Below, in pieces: positions 30,501-39,532 of a stretch of DNA of 64,000 bases (positions are counted from its first letter, which is position 1; each line of letters begins with the position of its first letter). This DNA comes from Porphyridium purpureum. Lineage: Eukaryota. The stretch spans positions 682,001-746,000 of the forward strand of contig VRMN01000004.1 of assembly GCA_008690995.1 (NCBI GenBank), read 5' to 3'. The position numbers and the translations under genes were made by a program. The notes beneath the pieces were generated by a model that had not been told where the DNA came from, did not search any database, and was given only the letters and a program-made list of their open reading frames with translations.

Positions 30501-30733
30501 AAAAGTGTCGCCTACACAGCGCTCGTGGCGTGTTTTTGGCGGACTTTTCTTACTTGTGGAGCAGCCTCACGGACCTTGCATGCCCAGAAACAGAGCACCG
30601 GGGCTTTTCGTTGAAGCAATTGCGGCGCCTTCCACGTAAGCACCGTGGGTTTGTCATCCAGGCCCTGCTCTGGTTTGACGACGGGAACGCTGTCGTGGAT
30701 GTCAAGCGGAGCGGTAATTCGTTTCTTACGTGA
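27506..30733 (+). CDS. LRR + receiver-like + PP2A B''(PR72)-like EF-hand protein (start uncertain; first in-frame ATG 27764)
   Basis: About 5 LxxLxLxxN repeats; REC-like YDIMFID...VPVVCIG...LGVDRIF; EYWFSVLDCDMDGFVSREDAHHFY resembles the B'' EF-hand. Confidence 0.75.
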   Translation: MRDDRERQPGAASAAGRARGVKFQGLSLKKAPSRGEGSDGEADTFTSEQSAASAQPNGSVFDHVRSRDSEAWSKAWSEAQKPSSHWMAREARRSERGTPALAHNFYAMRSATGTRGKRLRHACSVPELRAWRKVAAIDGESESEHTCDDSARKMSTSSDTMDEDDESFAHQGLGPAAALLRMQQPEDRGICAAHGSASSLSSSPCSTMTMHSSTQPSSPVFAVHYTDSSTEPVRQRTLYVPVANKTLRLDGLGLGSVKLESVLMSVYGRELEEVSLAANAISELSLGACTSWPPALRSLHLHGNELRAIDLAPLSGCLALTALWLQNNKIRVIDLGPLRSCSKLSSLYLDNNGIDDQSIDLAPLRGLTKLRSLRLQGNRLAGALDISPLLDVPALVSLTVSEAVTLYVVAPADDFNLGSASLSPALAKLKTRIQIVSHPDELAMPSGTTVRKWGSKNPSDEALVENKQIEQIPAGEDQPMAKALLLNFSVRDYYLTRDMMHLHAHFECTGVSDVLYDSEGLNDYDIMFIDVSKDLELAYKTLKEIRMICPYVPVVCIGADLDPLSRSKLTKLGVDRIFEEALTVPESLQLRKLAEERWNLRLAGQRARAALRSAAAVQTKRSNLSVSPSDLLLHRSSVPAPELTSTRPDDPFCHIRQGQLPPLSSLRRSQTLPQEAIGGLGRQELEEQALEKLLARYEGHVRLDQFSPVTTLCGLPSCASPLLFNAILLSSGSVSRDVVTSKICMRFWSEQLRFRTQDQRLFVILETLVKKADADAGNETAKVPQHRVKTHEDAFLVLAQGLIRGFRRQLGPEMDILRTVAALLMYICSGNISIVSGRITERGLVRSRFCQGLIAAESYFFDGLFVVLDSARLLECRSTFEALGGRVSDDPELACGLYIDKVVEYCTKRGTVIPRGVAAVFSSRLGRGWMSSNSLSSEGDVAEREAKKEVTMSLPDFALFWASMQDVAQFPSFEYWFSVLDCDMDGFVSREDAHHFYAEKCRLHSARGVFLADFSYLWSSLTDLACPETEHRGFSLKQLRRLPRKHRGFVIQALLWFDDGNAVVDVKRSGNSFLT

Positions 30734-30936
30734 TTGAGGGAGAATGAGATGGCCATGGGTGAGGCCTTCGAAGTATTATGTGAAATATGTGTCTGTAGTA
30801 GTCTGTGAATCACGGACAGCAGGAGACTGTCCCTGTATAAAGTGTGAACGTGTGTATTTTGATCTCAACGGGTGACTGGTTAGGACAAACGCCAGCTTCA
30901 AAATCTTGACATAGAGCGGGGGTTGCCCTCGCCCGT

Positions 30937-31749
30937 CTAATCCAACTTGAGTTCAAACACTTCTTGTTCGACTCCAGTCTTCGATATCTTGGCGATCAAA
31001 ACCGAGTCACCAGTGTAAATGTCACGCTCCCCCGCCGATGAGAAGCAGTCTTTCACAAGCTCCACAGTCTGTTCAAGAGAGAGTTCTGCGACCGGTTGGC
31101 CGTCGTACATTTGCTTGCCGTCCACTTGGTTGTCCAAAACCGGTTGGATCAGGCTTTGCGACGACCCTGTACATACCACTTTAACCTTTTCATGCGAGCC
31201 AATTGCGTCGTAACCATAGCAAAACCCTTCTCCGTTCTCGTCTACGCCGCCCAACACGTTGAAGGTGTAGTACGGGAAGAAGCGCTTGTAGTACAATGTG
31301 TTGCTCAGCAGCTGCGATACGGCGCCAAGCGACATGTCCTTTCCGTGATTCTGGCGATACATATCCAGTCGGATGCGCAAGACCTTGTGCAAGGTGCAGG
31401 TATCGGCCTGCATGCCGGCAGTTGCAAGTACCACCTTGTCATTCAAGACGAGGTTCCTCGAGATCATGCGCGTGGGCACGGCAAAGCCCAACCCGAATCG
31501 GGTATCGCTGGCCACCACACAAAAGTCCTTGCCCGCGACGGCCACGACCGACCCACCATTATTCTGATACGGCTGGAACGACGCCTGCTTAGCCCCCGCG
31601 TGCGCGTCAAACGTCGGCAGCGCGTTGGTGCCCGTCGTCTCGACGCGGCCGCCCTGTCGCGAAAGACGATCAAACACGTCTGCATATCCCGGCCCCATCG
31701 CCGCCGGCAAGTGCGGCGCATTATGCCCTGGGCGTAGTAGCGGATCCAT
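30937..31749 (-). CDS. PSMB1: 20S proteasome subunit beta type-1 (beta6)
   Basis: FQPYQNNGGSVVAVAGKDF...LYYKRFFPYY...VKDCFSSAGERDIYTGD...LKLD. Confidence 0.95.
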   Translation of the reverse strand: MDPLLRPGHNAPHLPAAMGPGYADVFDRLSRQGGRVETTGTNALPTFDAHAGAKQASFQPYQNNGGSVVAVAGKDFCVVASDTRFGLGFAVPTRMISRNLVLNDKVVLATAGMQADTCTLHKVLRIRLDMYRQNHGKDMSLGAVSQLLSNTLYYKRFFPYYTFNVLGGVDENGEGFCYGYDAIGSHEKVKVVCTGSSQSLIQPVLDNQVDGKQMYDGQPVAELSLEQTVELVKDCFSSAGERDIYTGDSVLIAKISKTGVEQEVFELKLD

Positions 31750-32082
31750 CCTTTCTCTTCCTCGTCGATCCACACAACAACACACCACTCACATCAACTC
31801 ACGCACGCTCCCCTTCCTTCCCTGCTTCCTCCTTCCTTCCCTCACCCACTCGCGCTCTGCCAGCGTTTCGGTCGCGGTTCAGTTCGAAACCGCATTACTG
31901 TACCTCCATCATTCAGAAACCACTGAACTTCACACTGTACTATAGGTTCAGTAAAGGTACAGTTATTGTGTGGCGTTGTTCCGAGTTCGGAGTGCAGAGC
32001 GGTGACAGCGAGCCAAGACGTGACGCATGTGTCTCTGTGGGAGTAGGGGTGGGACGCTGTCGTGAGCCGTTTGTGGTGAAGC

Positions 32083-32826
32083 ATGGAGACCGAGCAGAAC
32101 AATCCGCTGCTGGTATCGGTCGGATGCCTGTTTCTCTCGCTCAGCGCGACGCTGATATGGGGTGGATACGTGATCATGCCACGGCCGCACCTATTTATTG
32201 TCGCAACCATGGCCGCGTTCTTCTACTGTCTTGGTCAGATGCTGGCCGCCGGCTGGTGGTTTGCCATTCCGCCGCTCAAGCAGGAGTTTGCGTGGGTGCT
32301 CTTTAGTACGGTGACCATCCAAGAGGGTATTCGATGGGCTATGTTTGCGCTTTTCAATTGGATGAAGGGTTATGGCGAAGGGGTCAAGGCGTTTCTTCGT
32401 GTGGGCGCTGTGAATGGCTTGCTCACTGGTTTTGCCGTGGGTGCCGGATATGGCCTCATGAGCGTCTTGCTGAGCTATACTTCTATTGTTGGCGACAATT
32501 ACTGGTTCGACCAGTCCATCTACATGCCCAACTGCCCGGAAATCAACTTTTTCGTGGCCGGCGCCGCCTTTGCGCTCGCCTATTCCATAATGCACATGGC
32601 TCTAGGCGTGCTGGCGTGGTCTATGTATGATACCAAAAACTATGTCGGTATCTTTTTCACGTATGCGTGGCACCTGGGTATCTCGATGGCGTCGATCGGC
32701 AACACCAATCGAGGAGGCTGCGTATACACACTCGGAATCGTTTATGGGTTGGTAGTATTGCTATCGCTGTGTGCTCTAGCATTCTCCATTCGGTTTGTGA
32801 AAATGAGTAAGCAAGTCGATGCCTAG
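32083..32826 (+). CDS. APH1: Gamma-secretase subunit APH-1
   Basis: About 7 hydrophobic segments, QEGIRW, GFAVGAGYG (GxxxG), His residues in late TM helices; 247 aa. Confidence 0.8.
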   Translation: METEQNNPLLVSVGCLFLSLSATLIWGGYVIMPRPHLFIVATMAAFFYCLGQMLAAGWWFAIPPLKQEFAWVLFSTVTIQEGIRWAMFALFNWMKGYGEGVKAFLRVGAVNGLLTGFAVGAGYGLMSVLLSYTSIVGDNYWFDQSIYMPNCPEINFFVAGAAFALAYSIMHMALGVLAWSMYDTKNYVGIFFTYAWHLGISMASIGNTNRGGCVYTLGIVYGLVVLLSLCALAFSIRFVKMSKQVDA

Positions 32827-33280
32827 GAATCATCAGCCACACTAACACTGCGAGGCGCCTCCTCTTGCGCCGGAATGGGCTCAGACCCAATTCCCACATG
32901 GTCTTGATCTTCAGACAGCTCACTTCTACGAGGACATGTAAAGTTTGTGAGACGCGGTTCAAAAACAAAATGGTCAGTCACCTCCGCGCAATCCCGTAAG
33001 AGGAAGGTTGCTACATCGTCGCAACTCGTACGTGGACCGAATCAGACCCAAAAAGCAGATACAATTTCGTCCTATCCCTTAGGTCCGATGAAGGAGAAGT
33101 CGTTTTTGTGTTCCACCTGCGTTCATCATCTCGATCCAGACGTGTTGCGAAGCGACCCCTTCCCTTGCTACCCCCAAAACAAGAACCAAAAAAGGAAGGA
33201 TAAAAGAAAAACAAACAGATCCCAAACCTTCTACGTACCATAAGGCGTGCACGGTAGCTCCGTTAAAGCCACCAACACAC

Positions 33281-34540
33281 TCAGCTCCCTTCCCCTGCAG
33301 CGACTGTGGAGATAATCCACTGTTCACCGTGCTCAGCTATATGCATAACAACAATACAGGCTGCTTGCTCCTTCGCGAGCTTCTTGGTTGTTCCCGCCGC
33401 ACGTGCCAATTCAACTCCATTGAAAATCATGCTCATGACAAATGTTGGACGATGAGTCTGACCGTCTTGCGAAATCATTTCGAACTCTGGAATTCTACCA
33501 AGAAGCTTTCTGGTGATCTCGTTAACGTATGCGAGCGGGTGTCTGCCTTTGCACACGCTGGCAACAACTGCTTCGTTAACCGCCATCTCCTTCGGCTCGG
33601 ATGCTTTCATAGGGAGATTTCCCGCTTCGAGGCCCTGCATATACTCTGTCGCGGCAGCGTCGATGGCCTGCCGCTTGGTCGACCCCATGGCCGTGGCGAG
33701 TACTTGACCATCAATCACCAATTTGGCACAAAAGGTTGGGCTGTGGGCCGGGCCACCAATCTGCTGCGTTTCCCACTCGAGACAGACACGCGAACGGCTA
33801 AACATTTCCTGTACACGGCTTCTGGCATCGCACTGCAGATCACGCAACGGTAGGGCGTCAACGCGTGTCTTCAACCATCCGCTCACGGTTTGCTTCGTTT
33901 TCTCAAAGCCCTGATCAAAGTACATGCAACCAATGATCGCCTCAAGCACGTCGCCCATGATAGCGTTTCGCGCTCTCACCAGCTGATTGTCGCTGTCGTG
34001 ATTATTCATAAAGTCTTCCCCGGCCATAATGCCACCGGAGATCTCTAATTCGAGTGCCAAGTCAGTGAGGGCCTCGGCGCGACACAGTTTCGCAAGGCCT
34101 AAAGTGAGCCATCGCTCATTGAAGTGATGCCAATCGTCTTCTGGGCCAGAATTCCGTGATAAGCATTGATGGGCATGTCTTGTCAACTCATCCAAGATCA
34201 CCGTGCGTAGCACTGCGTCCCCCATACACTCGAGATTTACATAACATTGCCTCTCGCGAGGTATCACGTCGATCCAAACCGGGTGTGTCCAAGCGGACGA
34301 GTGCGTGAAGGCTTGTAGCAACAGTTCACGCTTCTCGAAGCAAAAATGAGGCGCCAGCCTGGCTTCAAACCGTGCGATACACTCCCCTTCGCGCGGGAAG
34401 TCAGCCATGATGACGGCCCAGTCTCGGGGTATTGATCCCGGCGGGACTCGCCTCTCAGTTTCGGACACCAAGGTGTAGCTGCCTCTTTCACATCTTGGAC
34501 GCAGCGCACCCGACGGGTTGCCAGCTCCACTATTCTCCAT
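33281..34540 (-). CDS. RNase III domain + two dsRNA-binding domains
   Basis: LLLQAFTHSS, NLECMGDAVL, GDVLEAIIGCMYFDQG; dsRBDs GPAHSPTF...GSTKRQAIDAAA and GQTHRPTF...GTTKKLAKEQAA. Confidence 0.88.
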   Translation of the reverse strand: MENSGAGNPSGALRPRCERGSYTLVSETERRVPPGSIPRDWAVIMADFPREGECIARFEARLAPHFCFEKRELLLQAFTHSSAWTHPVWIDVIPRERQCYVNLECMGDAVLRTVILDELTRHAHQCLSRNSGPEDDWHHFNERWLTLGLAKLCRAEALTDLALELEISGGIMAGEDFMNNHDSDNQLVRARNAIMGDVLEAIIGCMYFDQGFEKTKQTVSGWLKTRVDALPLRDLQCDARSRVQEMFSRSRVCLEWETQQIGGPAHSPTFCAKLVIDGQVLATAMGSTKRQAIDAAATEYMQGLEAGNLPMKASEPKEMAVNEAVVASVCKGRHPLAYVNEITRKLLGRIPEFEMISQDGQTHRPTFVMSMIFNGVELARAAGTTKKLAKEQAACIVVMHIAEHGEQWIISTVAAGEGS

Positions 34541-34991
34541 TGCGATGCCCCCTTGCGCAAAACTTTTCGGGCCGGGAATGTCCTCCCCGCACCATGCTCA
34601 CCAATATCAAGAACGGATCTGGTACTCACATATCCTTTCGTCGTCGACTTCTACGACCGTCTCGCTTCACGACGACGAATAAACTTGTCGAGGAGAAAGG
34701 GGAAGGTAACTAATTTCGAAAGACGGGACAAAGCTACCGGCAGTTTGGTGCCAATCTACATGCTCTAGGGTGCTCAGACAAGAAGGAAAGCCAGGCGTGC
34801 CTGTGTCCGATGTGAAACGCGGAGCTGCATCTCCTGGTGATAGGCTAGTAGAATATCAAGTTATCGTCTTCGTTTAAGTCAGAGAATCACGTCAAAAAAT
34901 GGTAGAGATTTGGTCATCACGTACAACCATGCTGCTTCGGCGTCATCATTTTGTTTTGCTCGTGTACCACACGACCAGGCGCACTTGCTGC

Positions 34992-36038
34992 CTAGTCGTA
35001 AGGAGCCACCGCGCAACACGATTGATACACGTGTGTGAAGATACCCAACTGGCCCTTCAGGAACGTCGTGCACAATGGATGGCACACCGCTGGCTCCGCC
35101 CAAGCGGGGTCTATCGTGGCCTTCAGGTCCTCTACGCCCTTAAACGAACGCGTCTTGGCGAGCGGGAGCTTACGGTCAAACTCTAGACCAAACATCATGC
35201 CCAAGTCTGACTGAAATTCCTTGTCAAGGCGGACGTAGTCCTGTCCACCTACATTGATGTCGCATGACATGCAACTGATCAAATCAGCCATTTTGGACGC
35301 GGTGCTAGCGTCCATGTTCACCTTCGCCATGGCCTTGCCAATCAGACGGCGTGCAAATTTTGACTTGGTCTTCTTGGAGCACGTGCTTGAGTCGTAAACG
35401 ACGCCTGCGCAGTTCAGCGCAATTGAACACTGTGGTTCCGCAAGCGCAGTCCACACCTGTTTGTAGTCTTCCAGAGCATTCAAGTCTGATGGCTTGAACT
35501 CAGACGCAGCCGTGAGGACATCCAGAATATTGTTCTCTTCCGCCTCGCCGCACAGTTCGAGATACGGGCATCCGCCGGGCATGCCGTCGTAGCAAGACTG
35601 AAGAATGAGGTCCTTGCATGCCCATGAGTATCCTTCGAGCTTCGGCGCAAGCGCAAGAAACGTCGAAGGGGTGCTCAGATCTTCCGCAATCTTTGTAAAT
35701 TCGCATTTGCTCAGCACTTGCGCGTCCAGAGTCCTCATCACCGCAAGACCCGTTGTCGTTGTTTCGCACTGTGCACCCGCCGTGCTGCAGTAGCTTGTCG
35801 TATCGCAGTCATAGTAGATATCAGCACGTAGTATACCATTGTTTGGAAGCATTTTGCCGTACACATTGACGTTGGGTTGCCTTGTCGTTGTCGCCGAAGA
35901 CATGAACACAACGACACCTAGCATGGCGCAAGCCAGCAGCGAAGTCGCCACGGCCCATTTGATCTTGCGATCAGGAGCGTCTGCAGTGTTCAGCTCCAGG
36001 TCCGATGCCACCACCTGGAATTCTTGCTTTGATGTCAT
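34992..36038 (-). CDS. Cys-rich type II membrane/secreted hypothetical protein
   Basis: 348-aa ATG ORF; N-terminal TM (WAVATSLLACAMLGVVVFM); many Cys; TATAAT on the minus strand upstream near 36170. Confidence 0.7.
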   Translation of the reverse strand: MTSKQEFQVVASDLELNTADAPDRKIKWAVATSLLACAMLGVVVFMSSATTTRQPNVNVYGKMLPNNGILRADIYYDCDTTSYCSTAGAQCETTTTGLAVMRTLDAQVLSKCEFTKIAEDLSTPSTFLALAPKLEGYSWACKDLILQSCYDGMPGGCPYLELCGEAEENNILDVLTAASEFKPSDLNALEDYKQVWTALAEPQCSIALNCAGVVYDSSTCSKKTKSKFARRLIGKAMAKVNMDASTASKMADLISCMSCDINVGGQDYVRLDKEFQSDLGMMFGLEFDRKLPLAKTRSFKGVEDLKATIDPAWAEPAVCHPLCTTFLKGQLGIFTHVYQSCCAVAPYD

Positions 36039-36889
36039 CTTGCCTGTACTGGCCGACTCCTCTGATCAAGAGTTCAGTCCAGTATCAAGCAAGCGTTCCC
36101 TGCGCTCCAACTCTCTCGATTCATTGTCGAGTTTTATGTGTGGGTTATCGGGTTGGGCTGGCGCAATTATATACCCCGTCCGACCTAGTCTCGTACTCGG
36201 GCGGGCGCAACCGCAGAATTCGGCCAAAGCCACATCGCTGAATTCCGCGCAGCTACGAGACGTCGTGTCCGAATGGTGTCTTGCCAGAAACATGCCCACT
36301 CGAAACGTCCGCGGTATGCACGAGATTCATACCACCGACCTTTAGAGTTCGCGTCGTTTGTGTCCCCACTTTTCTTTGCAACGATCCTACCCACCAAACC
36401 AGGGCGAACCCAACTCATTCAGCTGACCAGATGACCATCATCAGAAACCAGACGACGACACGCGCTCCTACCGCGTCCTCCAGCGAGGCCGAGCTGCGTG
36501 GACGCGCTGTCATCAGAATTCGACAGGAGAAGCATTCACGTGGTGACCGGTATGCGCTTCTCCATCTTGTGTATCTGCCCACTTGTGCGCGCTGCTCTGC
36601 TTTCTTCTGCTCGCGGTGTCACGCAAGGCGCCCTAAATTCGAGCTCGCGCTTTTTAACCCTCGACCCGCCACAAACCGCGCGCTAGTTTTGAAGCGCGTG
36701 TAAATAGCGGACGCTGTACATCCAAGTACAGTATTTTCGATTAACGGTTAAAGTTCCGGATGTTATTTTTAACCGATAGGGTGTTCAGTGGTGTACCTAT
36801 GTTCAGTTGGATCCGGTGGCACGAGGCGCGAACAGTTGAGGGGGCCAGGGCAGAAAGGTTGTGTGCAAGGTCGCGGTTGTTCGTTGATC

Positions 36890-38140
36890 ATGTTGGGCTT
36901 CCTTGCCGGAAAGGCAGCTGGCGTGGTCCCGCCGCGTGTGGCGCGGCGCGGAGAAGTGTGCAGTGGAGGTGGACGTGCTCCGCTGGATGTTGTGCACTGC
37001 GTGAGAAAACATCGGTGCGACGTGCGCGCGCTCGATGCAGAGACGTATGAGCTGGTGCTCCCGCCGGCGGTCGGGCTTGCCCTGCAGAAGTTCACGGCAA
37101 AGGAAGGGGTGACAGAGCGGCAGGAGCGGTTGAACGCGCTCGCCGCGTTCCTGCTGGATAATGGCGCGGAGCATAAGCAGTACCCACTCGCTACTTACAT
37201 CGCTCAGTCAGCCTCTGCAGGCGCCTCACAGGTCCAGCCTGTCGCGCTGGAGAATGGCGGCTCGCGGTTCGATCCCATTGTTGCAGCGCATGCAGCAAGT
37301 GTCAACCTGTTTGCTGCAAGCTATCGAGGCGAGTGGGCTGGGTACGAGTGCGTATTCGGCAAAAAGACGGGTGAGATCCAGGTGCTCGAAGAGTACGAAT
37401 TGCCAGATGGATTTAGGGAGCTCGGCGTCATTCCTGTTGGGTTCGAGTCGTCAAATTCATGCACCGTGCGTGGGTCGATGCTGTACCGCAAGCATTTTCG
37501 CATTTTGCCCTCCTTGTGTACGTTTGGCGACCATATCGATATCGAGGAAGACTTGTACGCCGCGGACCTTTCCGAGCCCCACTGCGTGGCCTTTTTGGAT
37601 GGATCGTACTCGCTCGGGCACGCCAAGCATGACCCAGAAGCACCCACGTACGTGAGCCCGAAGAAAATCGAGTTTGGGCTCATGTATCCAGGGGAAAGTC
37701 AGACCCGCCAACGGATCACTGTCCGGTTTGGCATTCATGCAGGAGTCGGTAAGATTGTCTCGGACCCGCAAGTTTTCCTGGAGCATTTCGAAATGGACTA
37801 TTGCGGCGGCCAGGTTATTCAGGGTGGCTCTGGCTTTACTCAAGGGTGGGGCAGCGAACCGCTACGAGACATGAGCATTCTGGATGGAACTTGGAAGAGC
37901 CTGAAAGACGGGACGCTGGTCGAGCGAAAAGCTCCGATCTTGGATCCGCAGGCAACGCTTGTCATGCCTCATGGCATTACAATTTCGATCGAAAAACCGC
38001 CTGGGTCAGAGGCGTACCACGTGCAGGTAGGCTGGCTGCCTGATGGACAGGGTACCCATCGCTCACTAATAACGCAGAAGATCGACTCGAAGACCGGCGA
38101 ATTTATGGCCGCCGTGTATGATATTGAGGTCAAGGTGTGA
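36890..38140 (+). CDS. Hypothetical, probably plastid-targeted protein
   Basis: MLGF start with an Arg/Gly/Val-rich transit-like peptide; beta-rich body (GEWAGYE, LDGSYS, GTWKS). Confidence 0.7.
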   Translation: MLGFLAGKAAGVVPPRVARRGEVCSGGGRAPLDVVHCVRKHRCDVRALDAETYELVLPPAVGLALQKFTAKEGVTERQERLNALAAFLLDNGAEHKQYPLATYIAQSASAGASQVQPVALENGGSRFDPIVAAHAASVNLFAASYRGEWAGYECVFGKKTGEIQVLEEYELPDGFRELGVIPVGFESSNSCTVRGSMLYRKHFRILPSLCTFGDHIDIEEDLYAADLSEPHCVAFLDGSYSLGHAKHDPEAPTYVSPKKIEFGLMYPGESQTRQRITVRFGIHAGVGKIVSDPQVFLEHFEMDYCGGQVIQGGSGFTQGWGSEPLRDMSILDGTWKSLKDGTLVERKAPILDPQATLVMPHGITISIEKPPGSEAYHVQVGWLPDGQGTHRSLITQKIDSKTGEFMAAVYDIEVKV

Positions 38141-38220
38141 TGACCAGGTGCTCTAGCGGGACCGACCTCTCGCTTGTGTTTGTCCGAGGATAGGATGCCA
38201 TGCAAGCATTCTTTGCGCAG

Positions 38221-38844
38221 CTACATGACAATTTCTGGCTGAGTAGCATCCATATCCAAAACGTAAACGTCTTCCTCCTGCACCTGAATCGAATTGGCGT
38301 GGATTTGCTCCAGAATGTTGAATCCATCGGGTTGATCCGAGTCCTCCCATAAAATCAAGTTTGGGTCCTGGTGCGATTCAGGGATTGCGGAAGAACCAGT
38401 ATAATGTGCTCTGCTTGAGCTTTTGCCCTTGCTGCTGGATCTTTGGCGCGGCTTTTCACCATTGGAATCTGAGAGTTTGGTCGGGTCGTCTCCCCCAGCA
38501 GCTTTTGCAGCCTTGACGCCCGCCTCTTCCATGACTCCGCTCTGCGCGGCCACCTTCACACCTGTACGGTCCACAGCAGCTCCATTTGTCTCCTCCGTCT
38601 TTGAACGCACGTTGTGAAGAGTAGACTCACCCGAGTTCGACTTATTCTCCTGGGCCGACGTTGTTGCAGGCACGGCAGCGGAGTGCTTCCTGTTTGCTTT
38701 CTCAGACGCTTCGATTTTTTCCGTGCTGTGTGCAGTTTCCGAGACGCTCGATGGCTCGCTAGACGTCAGGACGACCTGGGTCTCTTCGACGGCTTTGTAC
38801 TTTTGCTGATTGGCGCTCTTACCCAACGATAGACACGCACCCAT
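38221..38844 (-). CDS. Disordered protein with N-myristoylation/palmitoylation motif
   Basis: Starts MGACLS (G2, C4, S6); low-complexity body. Confidence 0.65.
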   Translation of the reverse strand: MGACLSLGKSANQQKYKAVEETQVVLTSSEPSSVSETAHSTEKIEASEKANRKHSAAVPATTSAQENKSNSGESTLHNVRSKTEETNGAAVDRTGVKVAAQSGVMEEAGVKAAKAAGGDDPTKLSDSNGEKPRQRSSSKGKSSSRAHYTGSSAIPESHQDPNLILWEDSDQPDGFNILEQIHANSIQVQEEDVYVLDMDATQPEIVM

Positions 38845-39532
38845 ACTGTCTCTCCTCGATGTTTATCACACCGCCCAACGCACACAAAATCCCGCGGCGC
38901 TCTCTCGACACCGCGCCAACAGCGCAAACCGAAACTCACAGCATCACCCCAACAACACACCTGTCTCTCTGCCTTGCCCGCACATCTTGGGATCGGTTGC
39001 CTCAAAAATACGTGGCCAGAGCCGCCAATTCAAATTTTCAAACGGAGCGGTACAGCGTGTGACAGACAGAACCCACTGTACTCTAAGCGTTAAATAAGGT
39101 ACAGCGCGACGTTTCGAAGTACAGTCAGCCGGGTCGTGTGTAGACTCAACGGATCGAAGCGCCACAGGCTTGAAAATCACAAAACAGGCCAATGCTGTGA
39201 TGTTTGAGTGGAACAAAGTCGAGTTGGTGATGATAGCGGGTGCATGAAAGGGTGGCGGGGAGGTTGAGAGAAAGAGAGAGAGGGCGTGCGGAAGCGAGCG
39301 AAAGGAAGTTGGCTCGGAGGAGAGCTCGTGATTCCCCTCCCTTTCCCCCTCCCCATCGTTTGGCGAGTGTGGAGTGGGAGGTACTTTGCGTGCATTAGGC
39401 CCGATCGGTTGTGTGTGTGCGGCCGAAGCGGAAAGCCGGAGCGATCGTGTGCGTTTGCGTGTGCGTGTGTATGTGCGTGTGCGTGTGTATGTGTGTGTGT
39501 ATGAGTGTTTGTAAGGGACAAGCGTCGTCGCG

